Source of the DNA: Utricularia gibba
Lineage: Eukaryota; Plantae; Magnoliophyta
Direction of reading: 5' to 3'
Assembly (NCBI GenBank): GCA_002189035.1
Contig: NEEC01000027.1
Coordinates: forward strand, 186,001 to 250,000
Length of the DNA stretch: 64,000 nt
Numbering within the stretch: the first letter of the stretch is position 1; every line of letters begins with the position of its first letter. Position numbers and translations under genes: made by a program. The notes beneath the pieces were generated by a model. That model searched no databases, was not told the origin of the DNA, and worked only from the letters and a program-made list of their open reading frames with translations. Shown here one piece after another: positions 11,463 through 21,741 of the stretch.

Positions 11463-12164
11463 GGTGAAGAGGAGAAGAAGCGCGCGTCGTTTTTGGGCAC
11501 ACTAATCCAACACTCCGATCAACTTGAATAAATCGGCCCACTGACCGCCGCCGAATGAGAACCCCTAGATAGGCCCACTTCGTATTTTGAAACAAAAAGA
11601 CAGAATTTCATATCCTTGCCAAACGCAAACACCATTGTAGCAGAGATGCCGAATAAGTAGAAGATTGAATAAAGATTTGAGCTTTATTGCTGTCTTCTTG
11701 CATATTCATATAAATCTCTGCGTTATCTGAATCCAATATCAGCAGTAATTTGTTTTTTTCCATTGAGAGGTGCAATGGAATGAACCAAACATACAAAAGC
11801 TTGTTACTCAGAGCTTTGTGAATTTTCAAATTAGGCGTTTTCTACATGATGAAGATCGATTGGATTTCCTAGTTAACGCTCTTGCTTATTCTTTTGCATT
11901 GAGTTCTGTGTCAAGTATCAGATCAGATCATAGTCAATGAGAACAAAAAGTTTACAGATGAAAAATGTAGAATCATTGCTGCAAGATATCAATCCAGTTG
12001 ACGGAAATAAGGAATACGAGGATAGGATCAAAACCAAGATTCTACCAATTTTTTAACTTCTGGGCAAGAGGATCGTATAGGAGGAAATGTAACTGGTTTC
12101 AGAAAATTCGGGTTCTACGCCTGATCCATGACTAGCAAAGAAGTAATTATTCCAAGTATAATCT

Positions 12165-12590
12165 CTAAGAACCTCCAGTGGAACTCTCAAATACCGCTCC
12201 ACCCGCATCGGTTTCCAGTAGCCGACGGAGATGCTTATCATCCAAATGCCGCTGAAAGTAGCCGGAGCAGAATATCAGCTCAAATGGAAATGGTCGAGAA
12301 GAAGAAGAAGAAGAGCTAACTCACCGATAAACACTCTCTGTACTTCTCCCACTCCAAAACGCAGTCTTGTTTATTCCAGTCACTCTTCAAGAACTTCTCC
12401 GAATACCATCTGCACATCAATCCCAGATCAGGGCTGCGATCAGTGCAAAATGTATGCACATCTATGAGGAATCGAACAAGTTGAAAAAAAAAATGTACAT
12501 GTTGAAGCAGTTGTGGTAAGCTGTTCTGAGATGTGCGCAAGGCGCCGTCGCCAAAGAGGACACGGCCTTCTTGTCTCTTAGGATCCCCAT
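12165..12590 (-). CDS. MDM35: Mitochondrial intermembrane-space twin CX9C protein, MDM35/TRIAP1 family (87 aa)
   Basis: Exons 12590-12499, 12409-12325 and 12251-12165 give MGILRDKK...PCAHLRTAYHNCFNIWYSEKFLKSDWNKQDCVLEWEKYRECLSRHLDDKHL...; two CX9C motifs. Confidence 0.88.
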
Positions 12591-13435
12591 CCTTATCACA
12601 TGATTTTGGTTGCAGAATGAGAATGTTGATCTGGCTTTCTTCGTGGCAACTCTTTCTACTGATGCCCACCACAGATGCAGTTCTTCTGGTAATGATTCTA
12701 CCGCTTTTCTCCTTCGTGGGTTTCCAGAGTACAACAGTGGAGAGTTGGGCCACAACCCATTTGCTGACAAAGTTTGGGTTTTTGGAGCGCCGACAAGTTC
12801 ACAAAGCCTAACCCTCGGGCTCCCCATTCAAGAACATTGAAGTTCACCAAAAAAAAAATGCGGATCAGACTGTGTCCTTTATTGCAAAGGTTTTCCAGAG
12901 CCACAATCATTCTTTTACACAAATCCATTGTATGCATGCAGCTTGCTTCTTATGAAAAGGGGAACAAGTTACTGCGTTGTTTTCAACGCAGGAAGGTTGT
13001 GACAGATCTTCAAAGGGTTCACATCAATGCAGCATGAGTGCATTCAAAATGAGAGCCATCTGCCCAGTACCCCTGTACCAGCTGCTGCTGCAGACGAACA
13101 ATGAGAAAGATAAACAAAAACCAACCACTTCGCTTTGTTTCTGGAGGCCACATCACCATTTTACACTATTTTCAAAGCAAAGATCAGTTCTGCAAATAAT
13201 ATACTTCTATCCACCTCCCCAATTTATTAACTTTCTATCTTCTTGATAAAAAAACTGCAGTTCTGAACTTCGTGTCCGAATACTTACAACTACTACTCAT
13301 TACTTTATCCACCTGAAGGTTCATATGTTAAGATTGTAGAGAAAATGCGAGGGATGTAAAGGCAACTCCTGAAAAACAACATGCAACACTGAAAAACTTC
13401 ACCTTTGTGTAGAAGATTGAATGTGCTGGTCAGGT

Positions 13436-15200
13436 TCAGACATTAGAGGTGTTGCCTAAATCCACAGAGTTCATGTTGCGACTTGTCTTAATCTTTCTTT
13501 GAGGCTTCAGGTCTACAACAACTACAGTAACATTATCCTTGCTGCCTTTCTGAAGTGCGCGGTTCGACAGGTACTCTGCTGCTGCTTGGGATGCCGGATC
13601 GATTCCTTCCCCTCGTTCTCTGCCATCGACTCCGCCACCACCATTCGTTTTATGCCATAAAAGTATCCGCTTTCGAGCGAGGCTACAAACTTCCTCGTTT
13701 GTCATCACGTCCCACAAGCCATCACTTGCCAGAATCAGGCATTCGTCTTCCCTACTACGGGTAATGAAGTTCACTTCAGGGTTGGGAATGATCCACGGTT
13801 TCAGATATCTGTCACCTGGGAACATTGCCAGGCAAACCAGTCAGGATGGAAATACAACAGCTGGGTGACAGCATCATGTATAGACAGACATAGCTCATAC
13901 CGATAGACCGAGACATGGCAAGGACCCCGAACACACGATGCCCGTTCCATTGAATTACCTTCCCACCTGATGCTTCGATTCTTGCATACTCGTCTTCTCG
14001 ATTGGGCTGATAGGAGGAGTATGGCTATTGTAGTGAGACTAGCCATAGCTTAAAGACTGAAATGAGAAAAAAAAAAAAAAAAAAGTACCTTATGGTCTAC
14101 TGATAAGGCAATGGATTCCTTGCCATGGCAAAGCACGGCCCTTGAATCTCCACAATTAGCCACAATGATATGAGATGAGCAGACGATGGCAACCACTGCC
14201 GTCGAGCCGACAGTTTCTGGAGCAACAGGATCGAGGCCACCTTTCCCTGCGACTTCATCATCGACCTTGACAAAGCAGTTGGTGAATGCCCTCCTCCACA
14301 TCTCCTCACAGCTATCCTCATGTCCCTCATTTAGATTTGACATCATGATCCCCAGCTCTTCAAGCAAAGCGGAGTGGATGCGAACCTGACAATACTTGGC
14401 AACCTAAGGAAAAGAAACCATGACCATGAGCACAGTACAAAAACACAGCTGCTGCATCTGGGAACAATGATATTGCTCACCTGAGAGCCTCCATGACCAT
14501 CATACACACCAAAAAAATGGGCTGTTAAGTGACTCAACCGTGAAGGTAATCCATCAATCAAACGATTACTAGCTACCATTTCAAGGGGAATTTTCAGCAA
14601 CCGGGGAATGGTTGCAACTGCATCTTCCATCTCAGGTCTCCTACCACATACAGATAGAAAACCCCAAAGAGGGACATAGTCCACCTGAAAGATGCTGCGA
14701 CTAATCCTCCCAGTACGCATTTTATGAAGATGCATATCAAGTGCAGATGATTTCGAGCTAGCAGCATCTTCTGTTTCGTCCCTAACACCAAAAGGAACGG
14801 AAGTATGGCCTCCAGAAACCCTGCTGTCGCCTGGATTTTCCAAACTTGCATATTTTGAAAGAATCTCAACATCGATATTGCTTCTCTCGGCATCATGAAA
14901 AGGCACACCTGTTACAGAACTGATCTCAAAACTTAGTAAATCATCACCACATAGGCTACTCGTATCGCTGACTATCGAACAGCTATCTAGAAGGGAGTCG
15001 CCCTCCAAAGATGAGGAGCCATCTTCTACATTTTCCTGCTCACCCACATCACTACCTACGCAGTTGCTGCTATCAAAAGCTAGCACGGGGGACGTGCCAC
15101 ACTTAGTTTCCCTAGGACCCGGAAACAGTGACGAACCAATCAAAGTGCACAATCTCTTAGGTTCAGATTCAGGAAACGAGTTAGGTTGATCGGCCATCAT
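13436..15200 (-). CDS. Clade A protein phosphatase 2C, HAB1/ABI1-like (about 506 aa)
   Basis: Exons 15200-14481, 14403-14089, 14006-13901 and 13815-13436. Motifs GRRPEMEDA, FFGVYDGHGG, VANCGDSRAV, LILASDGLWDV, GSKDNVTV; the ABA-sensing Trp is present in GGKVIQWNG. Confidence 0.94.
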
Positions 15201-16925
15201 GAAGTCATTACATCATATATAGATTCTATACCACTAAATTTAGCTATGGCCAGATGGGATCTCAAACCAGCATATCTTTGGCATCAACATCAACAATACC
15301 AGCACCTCGACAAGGGTTGCCTAAACCTCAGCAACAACTCTCATTATAAGAAAATGATTATTATCCTTTCTCAGATGTAAAAATAACCGAATCAATCATA
15401 TCCCAAGTTGAACCGATTACAACATACTTCAAAACGAAATCTCGGCATCTGGCTCCATTGAGGTCTGATACAGAAATAGCTTTCCAGATCCAATTCAGCT
15501 AAAGCACACCCATCCCAGAGTAACTGCTTCAGAAGGAAGCCCTTTCTGCTCTCTTGAATCTTGGCTGTCTGCTTCCAAAATGGAGAAATAAAATAAGGGA
15601 GACAGGCAGATCCTTCAAAAAATCACCCCAGCATCTGAATAACTAAAGGTAAAGTATCTAAATAAAGAGGATGTGAACCGAAAGCAAACACAGGCCACAG
15701 CCATTCATGAGCGTGTGGCCGAAAAGAGAGAAAATTGAAGGAAAAAAACGTTGATCTAAAAGAAAGAGCAGGTGTTTCAGGAATCACAGGGGAACCCTGA
15801 ACAGAAAAAGCAACTTTCTTTACAACTTCAAACTTTGATTGCCCTGGATCTGAGGCAAGCCGTGTCAACCCACTTATACAAATAGAGAGAGCCACCACTC
15901 CGTTAGTCCAAACTTTCTTTCAACTGTTAATAATTACTCTCTGTCCTTAGCTTCCGGATAGTATCAAGAAACGCAAACATATATTATATTATAAACCAGA
16001 CTATACACAATATATATCTCTATATACGTTGCACAAAACAAAAAAGCAACAACTACCCACATCCTCTAGATTGCAGAAAACTAACTGCAACCGGCTTGCT
16101 TCAAACCCAGATGAGAGATGCACAAATGGGAAACCCTTGGAGCGGATCCGGAGAAACTTAGAAGGTGGACAAGCCCTTTCTCTTCTTTTTTAGATAGTGG
16201 TGGCAAGTGTTGGCCGCGGGTCGCCTAGGCAGGGAGAACGTGAAGAAAAGAGACTCGAAAAGAGAAAAGGCTAAAGGCGGAATCGATCGAAGGCGATCAG
16301 AATCGCAAGCGAACAGTGTCGCACGAACCTCGCTGCTCAATTGGTGCCCATGGGCGCTACGCGTCGGAGGAATCCATCCAATCCCCGAGACCTCGAGGGA
16401 ATGCAATATAACTATTTATTATTATTATTAGTATTGAACTAAATAAAAGCTATAAAAATAACTCTTTTTTATATTCGGAATTTGATAAATGATTAGTATA
16501 CAAAACACATGATTTGATGAAGCAATGACTCACCACCTCCAGATGCATTCATTCTATGTGTTTAAATTAAAGATTCAATAGATAGCATATATAAATTATA
16601 ATAAAAAATATTATGGCATAATGATACCACGAATATAATGCTAATAATAATCTTTTTAATCGCATGAAAAAGTAAATAATTTGAAAATTATGTATCCAAT
16701 GTTCGTTTAAAAATACATATTCTCTCCTTTTTTATTGCTAAATAAAATTATGGTAAAATATGCAATAAAAACTATACGTTATATAATCTGGAAACAACAA
16801 CTAGTTCTGCTTTTTGTGTATTCATGATTTCACAAGTGAGATAACTAGGAATATATTCATTCCATTCCGGGAATATATGGTAGAGGAGTCCCTTTCATTG
16901 TAGATGCAGAATGCCCTACTCATAT

Positions 16926-17077
16926 TGGGCTGAATACAGAGCCAGGCCCAATAAAAAGGAAGTCTTCTCCATAGATTCATATTGGGCAGCCCAGCCCAAC
17001 AAAAAAGAACCAACGTTTTTTATTTATAGATCTTCGCTCCCTATCGTGGTTTCTTTTTCTCCTCCCGTAAAACCCTA
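16926..17077 (+). promoter_or_regulatory. Site II (TGGGCY) cluster plus telo-box upstream of RanBP1
   Basis: TGGGCT at 16926, GGCCCA at 16945, AGCCCA at 16988 and 16993, AAACCCTA at 17070-17077. This is the established arrangement in promoters of plant growth and translation genes. Confidence 0.65.
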
Positions 17078-17122
17078 GTCTTTCGGCCAGATCTCGGTTC
17101 CGAGTTTTCCAATCTGTTGTTG

Positions 17123-18251
17123 ATGGCAAGCAACGCCGAGACTGTAGCCGCTAGACGTCCGGAGGATGAGGAGGAGGAAGATGCGAGGGCGGAAGATGAG
17201 GATACAGGGGCTCAGATTGCTCCCATCGTCAGACTACAGGAAGTTGCTGTTACGACGGGGGAGGAAAACGAAGATGTCCTTCTAGACTTGTTAGTTTTCC
17301 TACATCTTTGCATTATGTGCGGTTGTGTTCTTTTACAAATGCCCTGCTTGTCTATGTATGTATGTACCCACGGATGCAATTTTGATCTGCTTTATATCAT
17401 CCTGCTCTGATGCGATCGATGTTCTTTTTGGATACGGTGTTTGGATCGGGAGTTGGTGACGTTTTATGTTACGGCTGATTTGCATTTGCAGGAAGGCGAA
17501 GCTGTATAGGTTCGATCAGGATGGCAAACAATGGAAAGAAAGGGGTGTTGGCAATGTAAAGCTACTTAAGCACAAGGAAACTGGAAAAGTCAGGCTCGTT
17601 ATGAGGCAGAGTAAAACCCTCAAGATTTGTGCCAACCATCTCGGTGAGCAAAGGAGGATGTTTATATACGATATTTCTTTTCAACTGTGCATTCTAATCA
17701 GGAGATTGTTTGAATGCCTGTTTGTGGAATTGTGTTCAGTGCTGCCGTCTCTGAAGCTTCAGGATCATCAAGGAAATGACAAGTCCTGTGTATGGCATGC
17801 TGCCGATTACGCAGATGGTGAACTGAAACAGGAGACTTTCGCCATCCGTTTCCCCTCTCTGGAGAGTGAGTAGATCCTGCGTTTTACATTGATGCTAATC
17901 TTCATTGCTGCCATTTGTATGCTGTTATTTGTTCCTTTTGAACTTTCCCTGGGTTCTATATGTTGAATCCCTTAATGCCTTTTCTAATGAGTTCTGTGAT
18001 GCATCGCCCTTTGCCTCTCACGTAAAAGCCCCTGGTGTTTTTTCTTTTTTTCAGATTGCAGAACTTTCCGGGAAACTATTGAAGAAATAACAGAATCCGA
18101 GGCTAAAAAGGCTGGAGAAGATGAAGAAGCTGACGCTGCTGCCAGTCTTATTCAGAGTTTGAGTGTTGGTGAGACAGGGGAGGCCAGCGTTCCTGCAGGT
18201 TCAACCGCCCAAGATGATAAACCACAACCTTCATCCGCAGAAAAACCATGA
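17123..18251 (+). CDS. RANBP1: Ran-binding protein 1 (213 aa)
   Basis: Exons 17123-17289, 17492-17643, 17740-17865 and 18055-18251. Motifs [57 protein letters not shown]. Confidence 0.94.
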
Positions 18252-19393
18252 TGGTGGGAGTGGTAATCGGGATTCTTTCGAGTCGCTTTTTCGGGTGGTG
18301 TCTGATTCATGAAAACTCTGGTGTGCTGCTGTCTTTTATAGTGGATCGGATCGTCCATTTATGAGTCTATCAATCTATGGGGCGGGTCTGTTTCGTGAGT
18401 CCAGTCCCCTGCGTGGTGGCCCTGGGTCAGCCCTGTTGGGCGGTTCTTCCTTCGATAGCATGGTTTGGGTCGTACGAGCTGTTCATCATCGCATACTTGC
18501 TCCTGCTCTTGTGTGTCTTGTGACTTTGCTTTTAACATTACGAAAGTTTCACCCCATTTCCGATCATTCAGCAGTTTGCAAAGTCGGTGGTCAGATTTGA
18601 AAACAACCCAAGGGGAGCACGTTAATCCCATAGTCTTCTCATACATGGAGGCCAGCAGCTAACACCTAAAGGCGCATCGCGAGATGCAGCAGCCTGGGGT
18701 CTTCTTCTTCTTCTTCACTGTAATCTATGGGGGTGTTTGTGCACAAGGGGCCGACTCGTACAAGACCACGTGTTGGGCAAGGGATATTTTGATGCGTTGT
18801 GTTCTGGCGTTCAAGATATTGGGGTGTGTTGTGTTTTCCCGTCCAAGACAGATAGATATTCGGGTGGCAATTGGGTCAAATCCATTTTCCGTATGTTTAG
18901 AGAAGACCCATCCATCCCAGTCTTCAACACACCATTTATTTATTTTACTAAAAAACAACATCAGACCTCACCAACAAGCTGCTTGACTTGCGTAGATGTT
19001 GGTTGGTAGAGAATGCAGAAGAAGAAGGAAGGTCAGACTCATGCTACGCAGTCAGCAACAGGAATGGATGATTCTCTTGTAGAATGAGACTCAAGTCCCT
19101 CCTTGTTCGCTTCTCACTCACTCTACCCACTTCAAAATGACCTGATTTCATGCAGGATGTCGAGCAGGTATTTATTATCTATGTAGCATCAGCATCAGTT
19201 ACGTATAAAAAAAGGGATGAAATGAGTGACGGACACTACAACTCTTGGCGGTGTATTCGGCCGCCGGCACCCGATCCTCCCCCTCCTCCTCGACGCGCCT
19301 GTGTCATGCCTTCATCGGCCATTCAGTACATACAGATAGGTAAACACACAAGGAGAAAAAAAAAAAAAAAAGGCAGGAGAGAACAAGTTCGTT

Positions 19394-19500
19394 GGTGACA
19401 GAAAGAGGGCGAGCACTCATGGCTTCGAGCATGAATGAGCGAGCCAGTGTCCATCATCTGTGCAGGAAAACACCATGAATGCCCACTCTCTTCTGTCACC
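19394..19500 (-). ncRNA. MIR156: MIR156-family precursor hairpin; predicted mature UGACAGAAGAGAGUGGGCAU (19498-19479)
   Basis: The 5' arm matches canonical miR156 at 18/20 positions. The 3' arm GUGCUCGCCCUCUUUCUGUCA (19416-19396) pairs with one bulge, one mismatch and three G:U pairs. Those G:U pairs would be A:C mismatches on the + strand, which indicates minus-strand transcription. Confidence 0.88.
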
Positions 19501-19615
19501 GAGCTAACCCGGAACCCCAAAATGCTGCCGAAACAGCCCAGCCGAGCCTAGCCGCCTCCCTCAGGCTGTTCTCCTTCCATTGTATGGTGAAGTATTGGCA
19601 CTAGGAAACCCTGGC

Positions 19616-19622
19616 ATTTATA
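19616..19622 (-). promoter_or_regulatory. TATA box of the pri-miR156 transcript
   Basis: TATAAAT on the minus strand, about 120 nt upstream of the hairpin. Confidence 0.6.
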
Positions 19623-20020
19623 GAGGGAGGATTCCAAGCCCCGCCATGGCTGCTGAATAGATGTGGGCATATTATATTGGATTTATTTTATCACGCGGAC
19701 ATCTGGGACTAACGACGATCATTCTAGATCTATTCACCATCCAAGACCCTCAACTTACCACCTCTTCGCCGTGTTCCTTTCACCATTTCCCATGTTTTTA
19801 CCACCACAAATAAAAAGACCATCACTTTAGCCTCCATGACTGCAAAATGTCTTCCAACAAAAGAGGAATGTCGACAAAAATCAAGTAGTTGTGGTGTTTA
19901 GTAAAGTTTAAAAGTGTTGTCCAAATTGATTCTAAAAGTAAGGGTAGTATGTATGGTATGATACATTTACCCCTGTCCTGTGCTGTGCTGGGGTGGGTGG
20001 GTGGACACAAGTCAATAAAA

Positions 20021-20117
20021 GTACTAGTACTCTAGTATTGGTGGCGGATAACCCCCAATTCAGTACCTTAGGCCATCCCAGAGAAGTAGTACAACTGCAA
20101 GCGAGCGGCATTTGTAC
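20021..20117. promoter_or_regulatory. Cluster of five GTAC cores (SBP/SPL-binding core) upstream of MIR156
   Basis: GTAC at 20021, 20027, 20063, 20089 and 20114. Function is inferred. Confidence 0.45.
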
Positions 20118-20936
20118 TAGTGTTCTTTGGGTTAGAAACCGCAGCTGCAGCATCCATGACTCCAAGGTAGACAGCATTCATGGCTTCCAGCATGGGACTT
20201 TTAACAAAAAAAGACAAGGCGAATCCGGGCATAGAAAGAGAGGTAGAGCGAGCGAGCATTCACAGCTTCTTCCATGGATTGAGGTGCAACTCTCCTGCAA
20301 CTGCTCTGTGATTCCAGAAGAAAGAATGATCAAGGAGGTTAAAGGCATTACACACAATCAAAAGATTCATTCACACACCCATCACCATGCATGATAAGGC
20401 GTTGGGTTGCAGTCTCCAATGGTACCTGTCTTTCTCGCCATTTACTCTTCGTACAAGGGGCGTTTGGGTCAAGTAGCGATCACCCTCTCCAGAGGTGCCA
20501 CGTTTTGTTTATCCATGTGCCACCCTCTGCCAAAAATGCAACCAATCGATCTAAAAAGGTATAAAATAATTGACCTAGACCTCCACTTTTGTGGTTTTAC
20601 TACTAGGAATAGGAGTCGTCCACGTCCATCCAGCGCAGGGTGGCGCAGGGTATGGCCGAACCCAACCATACAATAAAATAAATGCAATACTTGGAATATT
20701 CAAATGACCCACTAACCACAGCTCTTACTTCTGCTACTAAAACCAGCTCTAAAACGCTTGAATGTATGAAACTCGGAAGCAAGCTCCTATAGGTGGTTCT
20801 TTCTGAATCAATTTTTTTTCCTTTATAAAGCAGTGCACGTGAGAATGTTCAAATTATCTAAGATCAAGCACTTGGTTAAAGAGTCGTACACGAGAAAAAA
20901 AAAAACATATAAGTTGATTATAAGATAGTAAATGAC

Positions 20937-21305
20937 TAGATGTTGGCATGAGTTCTATTCGGTGGGTTACGGGTTGAACTCATCAAATCAACATAAAAAA
21001 TTATAACTGACTAATAAAAAAATCAACAGGTTGACATATTAGACCTATCTAGGTCACGAGTTGGCTCCAATTATTCTACAATTTACATATATTAATATAA
21101 GTTGAACTTAATTCATTAGTTTTGAGTCCGAAAAATTAGTCTGATTAACTCATTTAATAAAAAACATACATTTTTTGTTGTTGTTGTACTATGTTTCAAA
21201 TCCAACCCATTCAACCCGTCAAGTCCCTATTACGGTTATGGATCCAACCCATGACAAATCAACCTAATGAATATTCGAGTTTAGCCGTATCCATGCCCAC
21301 CTCTA
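20937..21305. mobile_element. Degenerate non-autonomous DNA transposon (MITE, hAT-like termini), about 369 bp
   Basis: Left end TAGATGTTGGCATG matches the reverse-complemented right end TAGAGGTGGGCATG at 12/14. Flanks GTAAATGAC and ATGAATGAC resemble a decayed target-site duplication. AT-rich interior with subterminal GGGTT/AACCC motifs. Confidence 0.5.
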
Positions 21306-21741
21306 ATGAATGACTATTTAAGTGGTTCAATAATGTTTATCAAGTAGTATTAATTTAAAATAAGGCTACCAAAACTTATGTATAAATATGTGTCATATTT
21401 TATAGTGATTTCAACTCTTTTCAAAACGGCCCAATCAATGAGTTGGTAACCGACAACTGGCCCAGGCCTATATTCCATTTTAGGGGTTTTTTTTTAAAAA
21501 AAAAATGACCCCCAAAGTGTATGTTTATGACTATGCTGCCCTTCACACAGAAAAAAGAGAGAGAAACAGCGGTGAGAAGAAGAAGACATATTCCCGGAAT
21601 CTCAAGTGAAAACGAGTGACCTGGAGTTGCTCTTTACTTTTAGGGAAGTTTTTGTGGATCCCCGGTTCTTGAAGCGAAACTTTTTCACAAGGTTGGCTTC
21701 TGGGTAAAGGAGATTCGCGAAGGAGGAGGAGAAATACTAGT

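Noticed and set aside
15200-15330. LGNPC-like relic upstream of the PP2C ATG suggesting a lost N-terminus
   Set aside because: It is out of frame with ATG 15200, and the predicted 506 aa is already normal for the clade.
19323-19520. 65-aa ORF spanning the miR156 hairpin
   Set aside because: It starts at TTG and runs through the stem; the sequence is better explained by RNA structure.
19822-20687. Short ORFs upstream of MIR156 as possible peptide hormones
   Set aside because: No signal peptide and no CLE, CEP, RGF, IDA or DVL motif; consistent with promoter DNA.
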